This document shows positions 17,005 through 27,800 of a stretch of DNA of 32,995 bases, one piece after another. Position 1 is the stretch's first letter. Each line of letters starts with the position of its first letter. Source of the stretch: Candidatus Bathyarchaeota archaeon. GTDB taxonomy: Archaea; Thermoproteota; Bathyarchaeia; Bathyarchaeales; DTEX01. The notes under the pieces were generated by a model. The model had not been told where the DNA came from. It was given only the letters and a program-made list of their open reading frames with translations, and did not search any database. Both the position numbers and the translations under genes were made by a program. The stretch is from positions 1-32,995 of the forward strand of contig JAGGUU010000066.1 of assembly GCA_021158305.1 (NCBI GenBank), given 5' to 3'.

Positions 17005-18018
17005 TTATGAAGTATAGACTAAGCATACGCGGTTGCCCGCTGGATCCGGATCCTTGAGAAATACTATCTTATATCCATTACTCGTCTGAGGCTCTTCGAG
17101 CTCGATTCCCATCTTTCTTAAGTATTCACAGGCGGCTTCGAAATTTGAAACTCGTATGGCTATATGATATTTAATGGGGCTAGGCGTCTTTATGATCTCT
17201 ATTCTTCCAAGTCCCTTACCTGAGATGAAATATGCCAGTCTACCCTCTTTCTTTTCAAAACCAAATGTTTTCGCATACCAATCCGCGGTTTCAGCTGCAA
17301 CCTTCTCTTCAAGGTATATTCCCGCATGCTCCACTCCTAGAAATAGCGGGGTGCCTCTAGCTTCCCGTATCCATCGAATGCAATCCTCAACCTTTCTCGT
17401 TATCGCGTCGAAGTCTCCGGCTGCAACTAGGTCTTTACGGACAAGCCTTGACCCCATACCTACGGCGACGGCGCCAGCCTTAATCCATGACGATATACTC
17501 TCCTTAGTCGCATCAACCCCTCCCGTTGGCATAAGGTTCACCCATGAACATGGCCCACGTACACTCTTAATGAACTCTGGCTTTAGCCTATTTCCAGGAA
17601 ATATTTTAATTATGTCGCATCCCATCTCTTCAGCTGCGGAGATCTCTGAGGGTGTTCCGCATCCCGGCATGTATGGGACTTTACGTCGATTACAGATCTT
17701 AGCGATCTCAGGGTTAAAGACTGGACTGACCACGAAGTTAGCTCCGCAGTTTATATAAAGGGCTGCTGTCATCGGATCGATTACTGAACCTACTCCTAGA
17801 ATCACATCATCAAATTCCTTACTACACCATTTGGCCAGTTCCGAAAATACCTGATATGCAAAGTCACCCCTATTTGTGAATTCTACTACCTTAGCTCCTC
17901 CTTTGACACATGCATGGACTATCTTCTTTGCTACTTCGACGTCTCCGTTATAAAAAAGTGGAACAAGCCCTATTTCAAGTATCTTTCCGATGACTTCATG
18001 TTTCATAAACTTTGCCAT
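17005..18018 (-). CDS. eda: KDPG/KHG aldolase (bacterial Eda type) fused to a C-terminal VOC/glyoxalase domain
   Basis: VEFTNR, GVGSV, GANFVVSP, PGCGTPSEI, IIKIFP and MPTGGV motifs. The last ~115 aa have VEHAGI, RIEII, YHIAI and FLKDPDPAGNRV (VOC fold). Confidence 0.9.
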   Translation of the reverse strand: MAKFMKHEVIGKILEIGLVPLFYNGDVEVAKKIVHACVKGGAKVVEFTNRGDFAYQVFSELAKWCSKEFDDVILGVGSVIDPMTAALYINCGANFVVSPVFNPEIAKICNRRKVPYMPGCGTPSEISAAEEMGCDIIKIFPGNRLKPEFIKSVRGPCSWVNLMPTGGVDATKESISSWIKAGAVAVGMGSRLVRKDLVAAGDFDAITRKVEDCIRWIREARGTPLFLGVEHAGIYLEEKVAAETADWYAKTFGFEKKEGRLAYFISGKGLGRIEIIKTPSPIKYHIAIRVSNFEAACEYLRKMGIELEEPQTSNGYKIVFLKDPDPAGNRVCLVYTS

Positions 18019-18038
18019 AAATCTTCACCTCCATCATT

Positions 18039-19079
18039 CTATCTAGAAACTCTACCGGAGGTTATGCCGGCGGCTATCTTCTCAACCTCTTCAATGGAGA
18101 GTATAGCTGCATCTCCGAAGATGGTATGTTTTAGACAGCCACACGCAACTGCGAAGTTTAATACCCTTTGAAGATCGTTGCCGAACTTGAGGAATCCATA
18201 GATCAAGCCGGCAGCGAAGGCATCTCCGCCTCCAACTCTGTCGACGATAGGTATTATATCATATGTCTGCGCCGTATAGAAGTTCTCGCCATCATAAAGT
18301 ACACCCGACCATGTGTTGTGACTTGCACTTATGCTTCCCCGCAGAGTAACAGCGACCTTCTTCAAATTTGGAAACTTCTCCATGAGCTTCTTCGCCACAT
18401 AAAGATATTTTTCCGCTTCAACTCTTCCCCTTAACACATCGACGCCGGGAGCTTTAATTCCGAAGACTTTTTCTGCATCTTCCTCGTTTCCTATAGCTAT
18501 ATCCGCGTACTTAACGAGTTCGCTCATTACCTCGCCTGCTGTTTTACCCCACTTCCACAGCTTACTACGATAGTTTAGATCACATGAAACCGTCAGTCCC
18601 ATGTCTCTGGCTTTTTTAACAGCTTCTAAACATGTTTCAGCGGCTCCCTCGCTTATTGCAGGTGTAATTCCGGTCCAGTGGAACCAGCAAGCATCCGAGA
18701 AGACTTTCTCCCAGTCGATCATCCCTGGCTTGATAGTTGCGAATGAAGAGTTAGCCCTATCATAGATCACTTTGCTTCCTCTCTGAGCAGCTCCTACCTC
18801 CAAGAAATATATGCCTATTCTCTCCCCGCCTCTAATGATCTTGTCCACTCCAACTCCGAACTGGCGTAGATAGTTTATGCAGGCGTCACCAATCTCATGT
18901 GGAGGAAGCCTAGTTACGTAATCAACTGGCACTCCAAAGTTTGCTAAGGCGATAGCTACATTTGCTTCTCCTCCGCCATATATTGCTTCGAAAGACCTAG
19001 CTTGGACAAACCTAAGAAAACCCGGAGGAGAGAGACGAAGCATTATCTCCCCAAACGTCACTACTTTCTTTTGCTTCAT
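18039..19079 (-). CDS. kdgK: 2-keto-3-deoxygluconate kinase (PfkB family)
   Basis: VVTFGEIMLRL, GGGEANVA, YDRANSS, HWTGITPA, DLNYR and DRVGGGDAFAAG motifs; directly upstream of eda. Confidence 0.92.
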   Translation of the reverse strand: MKQKKVVTFGEIMLRLSPPGFLRFVQARSFEAIYGGGEANVAIALANFGVPVDYVTRLPPHEIGDACINYLRQFGVGVDKIIRGGERIGIYFLEVGAAQRGSKVIYDRANSSFATIKPGMIDWEKVFSDACWFHWTGITPAISEGAAETCLEAVKKARDMGLTVSCDLNYRSKLWKWGKTAGEVMSELVKYADIAIGNEEDAEKVFGIKAPGVDVLRGRVEAEKYLYVAKKLMEKFPNLKKVAVTLRGSISASHNTWSGVLYDGENFYTAQTYDIIPIVDRVGGGDAFAAGLIYGFLKFGNDLQRVLNFAVACGCLKHTIFGDAAILSIEEVEKIAAGITSGRVSR

Positions 19080-19245
19080 ACTAAATGGTTCCTCCGCATC
19101 CCTTTCTGTTCACGCCTTAATTTTATTTTTATTGCTATTTCAGTATTTGCTTCAGCGATGCTGCTTAGAAAAGCAGGAAGCCCCATTAATCTTTTATCTG
19201 GAAAGATGTAAATATTCCATTTAAGATCCTTTCAAGTGAACTTTA

Positions 19246-19707
19246 ATGAGTAACGATTCTCCTCTAAAAGAGAGGGTCGAGGAAGAATTTAAAGAGGAAG
19301 ATGTAAATCTTAATAGGCTTGTTGAGACTTTGATGGAGAGCTTCTTAAGATCAAATAGCAATTATGGAGCAATAACAGATATAGAGACGGATATCGACCG
19401 AATCTACGATTTAGTTAGAGAATGCATAGAAAAGAGAAAGATGGAAGTTTACGCGCTTAAGATTGACGATCGTATTTTACTCTCTAAGACGAATGAGGAA
19501 TTCAGCGATATCTATGATGTGATAAAGGAATGCTCTGATCTTCAGATCAAGAAGGACATGATTGAGATCTGGGATGATGCAAAGAATAAAATCTTACACT
19601 TGCTAGTTATACCTATTAGGAAGCATTTTCCGTTAAGGTATAAAAGCTCGAGGCAGAAGCTGGAGATTATAAAGAAGATATCATCCATGACGTGGTCTGC
19701 TGATTAA
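19246..19707 (+). CDS. Hypothetical protein
   Basis: 153-aa acidic, soluble-looking ORF filling the gap between kdgK and rps12; no recognisable motif. Confidence 0.7.
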   Translation: MSNDSPLKERVEEEFKEEDVNLNRLVETLMESFLRSNSNYGAITDIETDIDRIYDLVRECIEKRKMEVYALKIDDRILLSKTNEEFSDIYDVIKECSDLQIKKDMIEIWDDAKNKILHLLVIPIRKHFPLRYKSSRQKLEIIKKISSMTWSAD

Positions 19708-19757
19708 TCTCCCTTTTGAATTAAGAAACAGATTAAAAGTTTACCTACGTGAGAAGC

Positions 19758-20195
19758 TTACCTCAAAGGCTTCTCCTTCTTTCCCAGAACCAGCTCCTTG
19801 AGAGAAACACCGTTAACCATGCTAACCTTCCATCTAACTCCTGGAATGTCTCCCATCGCGCCGCCTTGGGAGCCGCCTATTCCCTCAACGATTACTTCGT
19901 CATGCTCATCGACAACGTTTAATGCGCCGTCTCCTGGAAGGAAGGCGGTTATAACTTTCCCATTCTTTATGAGCTGAACGCGGACACATTTCCTTATGGC
20001 ACTGTTTGGCTGCTTACTTTCACGACCAACTTTCTCTAAGACTATTCCGCGGGCCATAGGGGCGCCTTCAAGAGGATCCGATTTAACATCCAGTCTAAGC
20101 TTGCGTCGTTTATAGTCGATGTCACTCCATCTCCACTTCTTCCTATTTAAACGCAATTTCCTAGCAGCAAACATTCCCTTAGGAGACTTGCCCAT
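19758..20195 (-). CDS. rps12: 30S ribosomal protein S12 (uS12)
   Basis: [22 protein letters not shown] and [10 protein letters not shown] motifs. Confidence 0.98.
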   Translation of the reverse strand: MGKSPKGMFAARKLRLNRKKWRWSDIDYKRRKLRLDVKSDPLEGAPMARGIVLEKVGRESKQPNSAIRKCVRVQLIKNGKVITAFLPGDGALNVVDEHDEVIVEGIGGSQGGAMGDIPGVRWKVSMVNGVSLKELVLGKKEKPLR

Positions 20196-20292
20196 TTTTG
20201 ATTCTTCCTCTTTAGACTCTATTAATAAAGCAGTGACGAAAAAACATTCTTAAACATTTCTATTTTTCGATGTCATCTACGTGTGGAGATGC

Positions 20293-20733
20293 TTAAAGTA
20301 TGGAAACGTTGCTTATGTCGAAGTATCGTTTAGCTAAGAATCTGATTCTTTCAGCATTCTTTCCATTCTTTCCAATGGCTATTCCCTTATCCCTCGGATC
20401 CACAGAGACAACCGCTATCTTTTTTCCATCAGTCCTCTGAGTTATTCGTATCTCTCTAAGTCTGGCTGGACGCAGAGCGTTCCTTATGAATGTTACTGGA
20501 TTATCAGAGAATTCAATGACTTCATGCTTTTTCCCAGTCATCTTCTCAAGTAGACTGATGTTTTTCCCTCGTTTTCCGATAGCCATACCTGCTTCTCCTT
20601 CTTTCACAACGTAGATTATCCGGTTATTCTCATCGTCTATTATGCAATCTCTCACAGTCGCCCCAGTGATGCTTTCAAATAATGATATGAACTGTAATTC
20701 ACGATTCGTGAATTTTATTCCCTTAGACATCAT
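20293..20733 (-). CDS. nusA: Archaeal NusA-like KH-domain transcription factor
   Basis: FESITGA..RDC, AIGKRGKN and AIGKNGKN KH GxxG loops; conserved operon position. Confidence 0.95.
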   Translation of the reverse strand: MMSKGIKFTNRELQFISLFESITGATVRDCIIDDENNRIIYVVKEGEAGMAIGKRGKNISLLEKMTGKKHEVIEFSDNPVTFIRNALRPARLREIRITQRTDGKKIAVVSVDPRDKGIAIGKNGKNAERIRFLAKRYFDISNVSIL

Positions 20734-21034
20734 TCTCGCTCGCCACCTTTAATATGTCTGAGTCTCCAGGATCTCTTATGGCTAGAACCGAAACAGAGAA
20801 AGGTTTTCCACAGACTCTACCTAGCTCTATATTATTTCTCGAAGATACAACAAAGGGGATTCTTGAAATTTTACAGTATTTCTCTATATCTTTTCGGATA
20901 TTACCCGGACAGTTAGATGCTAATACTACTAGCCGAACTTTACCAGTCATAACATTTTTTATGGTCGAGTTGGCGCCAAATAATACTTTACCCGTCTTCA
21001 CAGCGACTCCAAGTGCCCGATCAAGATTCACCAC
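20723..21034 (-). CDS. rpl30e: 50S ribosomal protein L30e
   Basis: AVKTGKVLFG, LASNCP, ELGRVCGKPF and DPGDSDI motifs. Confidence 0.96.
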   Translation of the reverse strand: MVNLDRALGVAVKTGKVLFGANSTIKNVMTGKVRLVVLASNCPGNIRKDIEKYCKISRIPFVVSSRNNIELGRVCGKPFSVSVLAIRDPGDSDILKVASENDV

Positions 21035-24000
21035 TGGACTTCACCTCACTGCTTTTTGATGGCATAGCGGACATGTAAATGTCGACTAATCCTGTACCTA
21101 TGGGAATGAATTGGCCAACTATTACATTCTCGGTGACGCCTTTAAGATTATCGGTTTCTCCTCTAACAGCGGCTTCGACAATATTTGGAACGGTTATCTC
21201 GAATGCTGCTCGAGCAAGTACGCTTGCCTTCTCTCCGCTTACTCCATGTCTACCTATCTGTCTAACCTCGCCAGTCGCGGTCATAATATCCGCTACGAGC
21301 ATTATATGTCGAATGTCCACGTCAAGACCCTGCTCTTCAAGCACTGATGATGCTTCTCTTATAAGAGCGTTTCTGGCAGCCTCTATTCCAAGAGTCTCCG
21401 CGATTTCATGAATGTTGTTAGTAGTTGTTCTCGTCGGATCGACTCCTTCGACCTCAAGAACTTTTGGCAGGTTTGAGCCATCCGTCCTTATGATCCATCT
21501 TCCCTCCTCCTCAGACACGAGTATTCTTTTGATTCCTGGAATTCCCTTAATGCGCATTGATGATATCTGACTTAGAAGTCTCTTTGGATCTACAGGTTTC
21601 TTCGAGTCGACGAAGATTTTATTATCTTCCACCTTTACAAGATACTTTTGTTTCTCTAGAACCTCAACTAAATCATTCATCGTTACGCCTCTCTCCCTCA
21701 TCTTCGCCGGATCTGTCTCTATTATTATTCCTCCAGTCTCCGGATTGATGAAGACCTCAGAGGCTACGTCTTCAACAGTCGTGTGGAGAATCCTCCGCGC
21801 AACTTCTGTCGCCTTCTCTCTGCTCTTGCCATACTCTTCATTTAAGTAGATCGTCATGATCGGTGTTGATGGTTCCCTTCTCGCATCAACTATCTCGATG
21901 AGGCGCGGTAAACCTATCGTTACGTTCATTTCTCTAACACCTGCGTAATGGAAGGTTCTTAGGGTCATCTGAGTGCCGGGTTCACCGATCGATTGAGCTG
22001 CCACTATTCCAATAGCCTCTCCCGGCTCAACGAGAGAACGCTTGTAGTGTTCAACTGTTGATCTGATAGCCAAGTCTGCTCCCTTTGCACTTAACTTTGC
22101 ACGTGAAAGGTTCGTTCTGAGCTCATCTAGAAGTAAAGGTGTCAGCTGGTTCTTCACTTTTTCTAGGCTTTTCTCGATATATTCTTTAGAGGCTGGTTTT
22201 CTCCCTTCATCGATCAGCTTTATCTGATCGACAAGCCGCGCAACGTTTACCGCCTTTCCATGATCGCTCTTCGCAGGGTCAACTCCATCTTCTCCATACT
22301 TAAACTGTATGATATCTCCAGTCGAGTTTCTGACGGTGCCGTCATATTCGACTCTAAGATGCTCCATCGCGTTTATCAGCCTTCTCTGCATGTACCCGCT
22401 CTGCTGGGTTCGCACAGCAGTGTCCACAAGTCCCTCACGACCACCCATAGCATGGAAGAAGAACTCCACGGGATCCAGTCCATCACGATAAGATGAGTAG
22501 ACAAAGCCACGGGCTTTCGGCGAAGCATCTCCAACTTTAAAGTGTGGAAGAGCCCTGTTCATGTAGCCTCTCATAATTCTTTTGCCACGTACTGACTGTT
22601 GTCCCAGACATGCGGACATCTGACCTATATTGATCGTGGAGCCTCTAGCTCCGCTTCTCGTCATTATCACCCCAGCGTTATTCATGCTTAGATCAGCATC
22701 GGCTATGTCTCCAGCCTTAGTTCTAGCCTTAGCTAATTCGTTCATAACGTAGATCTCGAATGAGTCCTCAAGGGTTAATCCTGGAAGCCGCTCCAGCGTT
22801 CCTTTACGTAGCTGCTCGGTGAATTCTGAAACCTTCTTTTCAGCGATGCTTATCACCTCTCTGATCTTCTTCTTGGCTTCTGAGGATAGGTTCAGTTCTT
22901 CGTAGGAGAAGGAAAAGCCGCGCATAGTTATGAATCGGGTGAGAAGCTTACTTATGCTATTGAGGAATCTCCTCGCAGCCTCAGTTCCATAATCTTTTAT
23001 AAGTCTATGCAGAATGCTTTCGGACTTTTCAGCTCCTATAGAGTTTTTATCTATTACTCCGCATATCAGCTCTCCGTTCTTTATAACTACGTATGCATCA
23101 TATGGGCATTTCTCACGTAGGCAAACATCACAGTTTCTGCATATGCTGGCCTTGAGAGAGTAGCTGAAGTCCTTAGGGAGAAAGAGGCTGAATATCTGCT
23201 TGCCAGTCCATAGCTCTTGAGGCTTCTTTATCGCTGGCTCAGGAATCTCCCCCTCGTATCCAGCCGCCATCAAAAGCTTGCAGACTTCCTTTTTAGTGAG
23301 AAGTGTGGATTTTCGGGTGAGGAGATAAGCAGCCGTTATGAAGTCTCTGATAGCACCTATTATTGGACCGCCGAATCTTGGAGAGAGAATATGATCCTGA
23401 ACCTGCATTAGGATTCGAGCTTCAGTCTGAGCCTCTTCGCTCTGGGGGACATGCAGGTTCATTTCGTCTCCGTCGAAATCCGCGTTATATGGCGGGCAGA
23501 CGCAGAGGTGAAGACGGAAAGTCTTGTAGGGGAGAACTTTAACGTAATGCGCCATTATAGACATGCGATGAAGGGACGGCTGCCTATTGAATATTACTAT
23601 GTCTCCGTCTCGCAGATGCCTCTCAACAATGAATCCGGGCTCTAGAGACTCGGCAATCTTCTCTCTATCAATAACGAATTCTAGCCTAACTCGCTTGCCG
23701 TCTGGTCTTATAAGGTAAAGAGCTCCAGGATACTTTTCCGGCCCGTTGATAATTAGCTTTCTCATCTCCTCAATATTCCATGGAGTAACCTTTTCTGGAA
23801 CAGAAAGCTTCCTAGCTATTTCTAGGGGAACTCCAACCTCATTGATATCTAGGTTTGGATCTGGACTTATAACTGTACGCGCTGAGAAATCAACGCGTTT
23901 TCCGGATAGATTTGTTCTGAATCTTCCTTCTTTCCCCTTAAGCCGTTGCGATAGAGTCTTCAAAGCTCGTCCTGAGCGATGCCTAGCTGGAGGGATACCG

Positions 24001-24860
24001 GAGGATTCATTATTGAAATAGGTTGTTACGTGATACTCAAGGAGCTCTGTTAAGTCTTGAATTATAAGTGTTGGAGCTCCAGCTTCCAAGTTCTCTTTGA
24101 GCCTTTCATTTATTCTAATGACATCTACAAGTTTGTGGGTAAGATCGTCCTCAGATCTTATTCCAGACTCTAGGGTGATCGATGGTCTAACATAGACTGG
24201 TGGGACTGGAAGAACTTGAAGTATCATCCATTCTGGACGAGCGTGCTCAGGATCGTATCCTAGAATCTTTAGATCTTCATCGGGTATTCTCTCAAATCTT
24301 TCCCTTATCATGCTTGCGGTTAGCCGCTGCACGCCTTTTTCCGTATGTTCATAGAAGATCGTAGGCTTAACGAATTCTATCTTGTATTGTTTCGCCCCGC
24401 AGTGGGGACACTGCATTATTGATTTAGCATGCTCAAGAAGATTGCGGTAAAAGGAGCCCGGAACCTCTCCAAGTAGCTTCTTGATCTCCTCACTCTGAGC
24501 CTTAGCCTTCGATATATTTTTATCGTCAAGCAGGATTCTGCCGCAGTTTCTACAGAACGCTTGAAGGAAGTCGTGAATATTCTTAGTGAATTCGACATGT
24601 ATTATTGGAACAGCCAGTTCAATGTGGCCAAAGTGACCCGGGCACTTTGTCGCTGTGTTACCACATGTCCCGCATCTTTGCCCCGGCTCCAGAACCCCGA
24701 GTCTATTATCCATCAGCCCTGAGGGTATCACTGCTCCGTCTTCATCATACGTATCCGCCGTTTTTATCTCCGCAACTGAAAGCTTACGTATCTCCTGAGG
24801 GGAGAGTATTCCGAAACGGATGGCGTCAATAACTTTTCCGTAAGATTCCTCAACCGCCAT
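21021..24860 (-). CDS. rpoA: DNA-directed RNA polymerase largest subunit, unsplit A'+A'' (Rpo1)
   Basis: CPGHFGHIEL, NADFDGD catalytic motif and DTAVRT bridge helix, running without a stop into the A'' motifs AAQSIGEPGTQMT and ARAAFE. Confidence 0.97.
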   Translation of the reverse strand: MAVEESYGKVIDAIRFGILSPQEIRKLSVAEIKTADTYDEDGAVIPSGLMDNRLGVLEPGQRCGTCGNTATKCPGHFGHIELAVPIIHVEFTKNIHDFLQAFCRNCGRILLDDKNISKAKAQSEEIKKLLGEVPGSFYRNLLEHAKSIMQCPHCGAKQYKIEFVKPTIFYEHTEKGVQRLTASMIRERFERIPDEDLKILGYDPEHARPEWMILQVLPVPPVYVRPSITLESGIRSEDDLTHKLVDVIRINERLKENLEAGAPTLIIQDLTELLEYHVTTYFNNESSGIPPARHRSGRALKTLSQRLKGKEGRFRTNLSGKRVDFSARTVISPDPNLDINEVGVPLEIARKLSVPEKVTPWNIEEMRKLIINGPEKYPGALYLIRPDGKRVRLEFVIDREKIAESLEPGFIVERHLRDGDIVIFNRQPSLHRMSIMAHYVKVLPYKTFRLHLCVCPPYNADFDGDEMNLHVPQSEEAQTEARILMQVQDHILSPRFGGPIIGAIRDFITAAYLLTRKSTLLTKKEVCKLLMAAGYEGEIPEPAIKKPQELWTGKQIFSLFLPKDFSYSLKASICRNCDVCLREKCPYDAYVVIKNGELICGVIDKNSIGAEKSESILHRLIKDYGTEAARRFLNSISKLLTRFITMRGFSFSYEELNLSSEAKKKIREVISIAEKKVSEFTEQLRKGTLERLPGLTLEDSFEIYVMNELAKARTKAGDIADADLSMNNAGVIMTRSGARGSTINIGQMSACLGQQSVRGKRIMRGYMNRALPHFKVGDASPKARGFVYSSYRDGLDPVEFFFHAMGGREGLVDTAVRTQQSGYMQRRLINAMEHLRVEYDGTVRNSTGDIIQFKYGEDGVDPAKSDHGKAVNVARLVDQIKLIDEGRKPASKEYIEKSLEKVKNQLTPLLLDELRTNLSRAKLSAKGADLAIRSTVEHYKRSLVEPGEAIGIVAAQSIGEPGTQMTLRTFHYAGVREMNVTIGLPRLIEIVDARREPSTPIMTIYLNEEYGKSREKATEVARRILHTTVEDVASEVFINPETGGIIIETDPAKMRERGVTMNDLVEVLEKQKYLVKVEDNKIFVDSKKPVDPKRLLSQISSMRIKGIPGIKRILVSEEEGRWIIRTDGSNLPKVLEVEGVDPTRTTTNNIHEIAETLGIEAARNALIREASSVLEEQGLDVDIRHIMLVADIMTATGEVRQIGRHGVSGEKASVLARAAFEITVPNIVEAAVRGETDNLKGVTENVIVGQFIPIGTGLVDIYMSAMPSKSSEVKSSGES

Positions 24861-24862
24861 CT

Positions 24863-27800
24863 TTATGCCCTCTCTTTAAGAATTAATCTCGGAGAGATAC
24901 AGAGACTCATAAGCTCTTGGAGTAGAAGTTTAAAGGCGTATGAGACTTGAACAGGGGAGATCTTCGCCTTTTCTCCGCAGATTCTACAGACGTATTTTCG
25001 CTGCCTCATGTCATAATATGCGATGTAACCGCAGTTCTCACATACGTAAAGCGTGTATTTGTCTGATTCTTCTAGAAGCCTATCATGGAGCAGCATTGCT
25101 GCTCCATGCCCAATTAGGCAGTCTCGCTCCATCTCTCCGAATCTTAATCCTCCACCTCTAGCACGCCCCTCAGTTGGCTGCCTAGTTAACATCTGAACTT
25201 GACCTCTCGCCCTCGCGTGAATCTTGTCAGAAACCATGTGATGAAGCTTCTGATAATAGATTACTCCCATGAATATCTCGGCCTCATACTTCTCCCCTGT
25301 CACGCCATCATAGAGAACTTCTCGGCCGGTATAACTGAAGCCTAAGTCGATGAGCGCCTTCTTAAGCGCATTTCCCTTCACACCTGCAAATGGAGTTCCA
25401 TCGATTATTTTTCCTTGCGCTGCACCTACCTTTCCAGCGAGTGATTCTAAGAACTGACCGATAGTCATTCTGGACGGGAAGGCATGTGGATTTATTATGA
25501 TGTCAGGAACCATCCCGTCAACGCTGAAGGGCATATCTTCCTGGGGAACTATCATACCTATGACTCCTTTTTGGCCATGGCGAGAAGCAAATTTATCCCC
25601 TATTTCTGGGACACGTTCATCCCTCACTCTAACTTTAACGAGCTTGTTTCCCTCATTTGTTTCTGATAGAAAGACAGCGTCAACTATTCCCTTCTCTGAG
25701 GGCCTCATATTAACTGAGGAATCCCTCATACTTGGACCTCTTATTTCGAACTCTTTATATTCTTCGAGGAAACGCGGCGGACTGACCCGCCCTATAAGGA
25801 CGTCTCCTCCAGAGACTTCGGATTCAACACCGACTATGCCGTCCTCCTCTAGGAAGCGGTAATACTGCTCTCCGCGGTATCCTCGGATTCCAGGCTCCGG
25901 TATCTTAATCTCATCTCTTAATCCCCCTAAATAGTGGAGACATTCAGCCTCGTAAATCCTGTAGAAGGTCGACCGCGCAAGTCCCCTTTCTATAGAAGCC
26001 TTGTTAAATATTAGAGCATCCTCCATGTTATATCCTTCAAATGAAAGCACGGCTACTATGCAGTTTTGTCCGGAGGGACGGAGATTATAGCCTATAACCT
26101 CCATCGGCTTAGTCTGCACTATTGGCACTTGCGGGTAATGAAGTATGTGAGCGCGCGAATCGACTCTGAACGGAAAGTTTGACGCGTAAATGCCTAGAGC
26201 TTGCTTTGCCATTGCCGATTCATAGGAATTACGTGGAGATTGATTATGCTCAGCATATGGTATGAGAGAGGCACATATTCCAAGAATCGAATAGGGCGTT
26301 ATCTCTAGATGCGTATGCTCCGGGGTTACGTCTTTGGGATCAAGAGCTATCAGCGCGTTCTCCTCTTCTTCCGCATCCAAGTATTCGATGATGCCGCGTT
26401 TTATAAGGTCCTCCCACTTCCATTCTCCATTTTTAACCTTTTCTATCTCTTCAGGTCCTAACTTTGGCTTACCATTCTCGACAATTATAAGCGCTCGCCT
26501 AACTCTTCCCTCGTCGCAGTTCACATAAACTTCATCATTACTTCCATTAATCTTAGAGAAGTATGCAATGTTTATTTCAGAGGAGATCTCCCCTCTCCTT
26601 CTAGCTTCCCTTAATTCTTTCACAAGCTTGCGCGGAGAAACGTGATATCCGATTGGGCAGCCGTCGACGAAGACTTTAGCTCCGAAGAGCTTCAACTCTC
26701 CGCTTGCCTCAGCAAGCGGGACTACTCCTCTTTCATAGAGCATCCGTTTAACTTTTTCTGGGTCATAGCCTACTGAGATCACTGCTGAAAGAGCGAGATT
26801 CTTAACTAATCCGCAATTTGCGCCTTCAGGAGTTTCATTTGGACAGAGTCTGCCCCAATGGGTAGCGTGGAGATCGCGGGCTTCAAAGTTGGGCTGGCTT
26901 CGGCTGAGGGGGGATTGAAGTCTCCTAAGATGGCTGAAAGTAGATATCATATTAGTTCTGTCCAGAAGCTGCGTTATCCCTACGCGTCCCCTACCCCAAT
27001 TTCCGGTTGCAAGTGAGTGCTGAATCTTATCAGTAACTATTCCAGGCCTAACGGCTATTGATATGCCAAGCATTCTTCTTCTCGCACCCATTCTTTCCAG
27101 CTGGTACTTGATGTCGCGGCAGAGATTTCTGAATGCAACTCGGAATAGATCGGATAGCAGGGGACCAGCGAGCCTTAAGCGTTTATTCTTGAAATGATCT
27201 TTGTCATCCGGCTTCCGTCTTCCAAGCTTCAGTTCTATAGCTCGACGAGCCATTTCTCCTAAGAAGAAGGCTTTTTCTCTCCTCGACTCCTTAGTTCTCC
27301 CAATGTGGGGAAGAAGATTCTTGTCAATTATGTTTTCAGCTTTTACTAGACGATAACTTTTTATTTGACCATAGGCAGCCCTATTTCCAATATATAAGAG
27401 GGCGTCCTCAACCGTATCGACGCCTTCAGCGGCATCAAATGACGCTTCTAGCTCGCTTTGAACGGCCTCGTCAAGTGAGACTGCTTCAGCTATCTCTCTA
27501 TCCGATTCTAGACCGAGTGCTCTCATAAGTATAACGAACGGAATCTCCGTTGATATTCCAGGAACCGACACGTTTATGCGCCCATTGGATTTAATGCGTA
27601 ATTCAATCCTTGCCCTAAATCCTATGGTTGTGGAGAAAACTTTAGCCTCATATACCGGGCTAGCTCCACTCGTATCTATGTCTGTGAGAATACGATTCGG
27701 AGCTAAGTCCTCGATTGCCACAATTACTCGCTCAGAGCCGTTGATTATGAAGTATCCTCCCGGATCTAGTGGATCCTCTCCATGTCTTATTAGATCCTCC

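Noticed and set aside
17174-17758. 194-aa plus-strand ORF antisense to eda
   Set aside because: Shadow ORF with no recognisable protein features.
20196-20292. CATCT-N8-AGATG hairpin and AT-rich tract between nusA and rps12
   Set aside because: Compatible with an ordinary terminator or internal promoter; too short to claim more.
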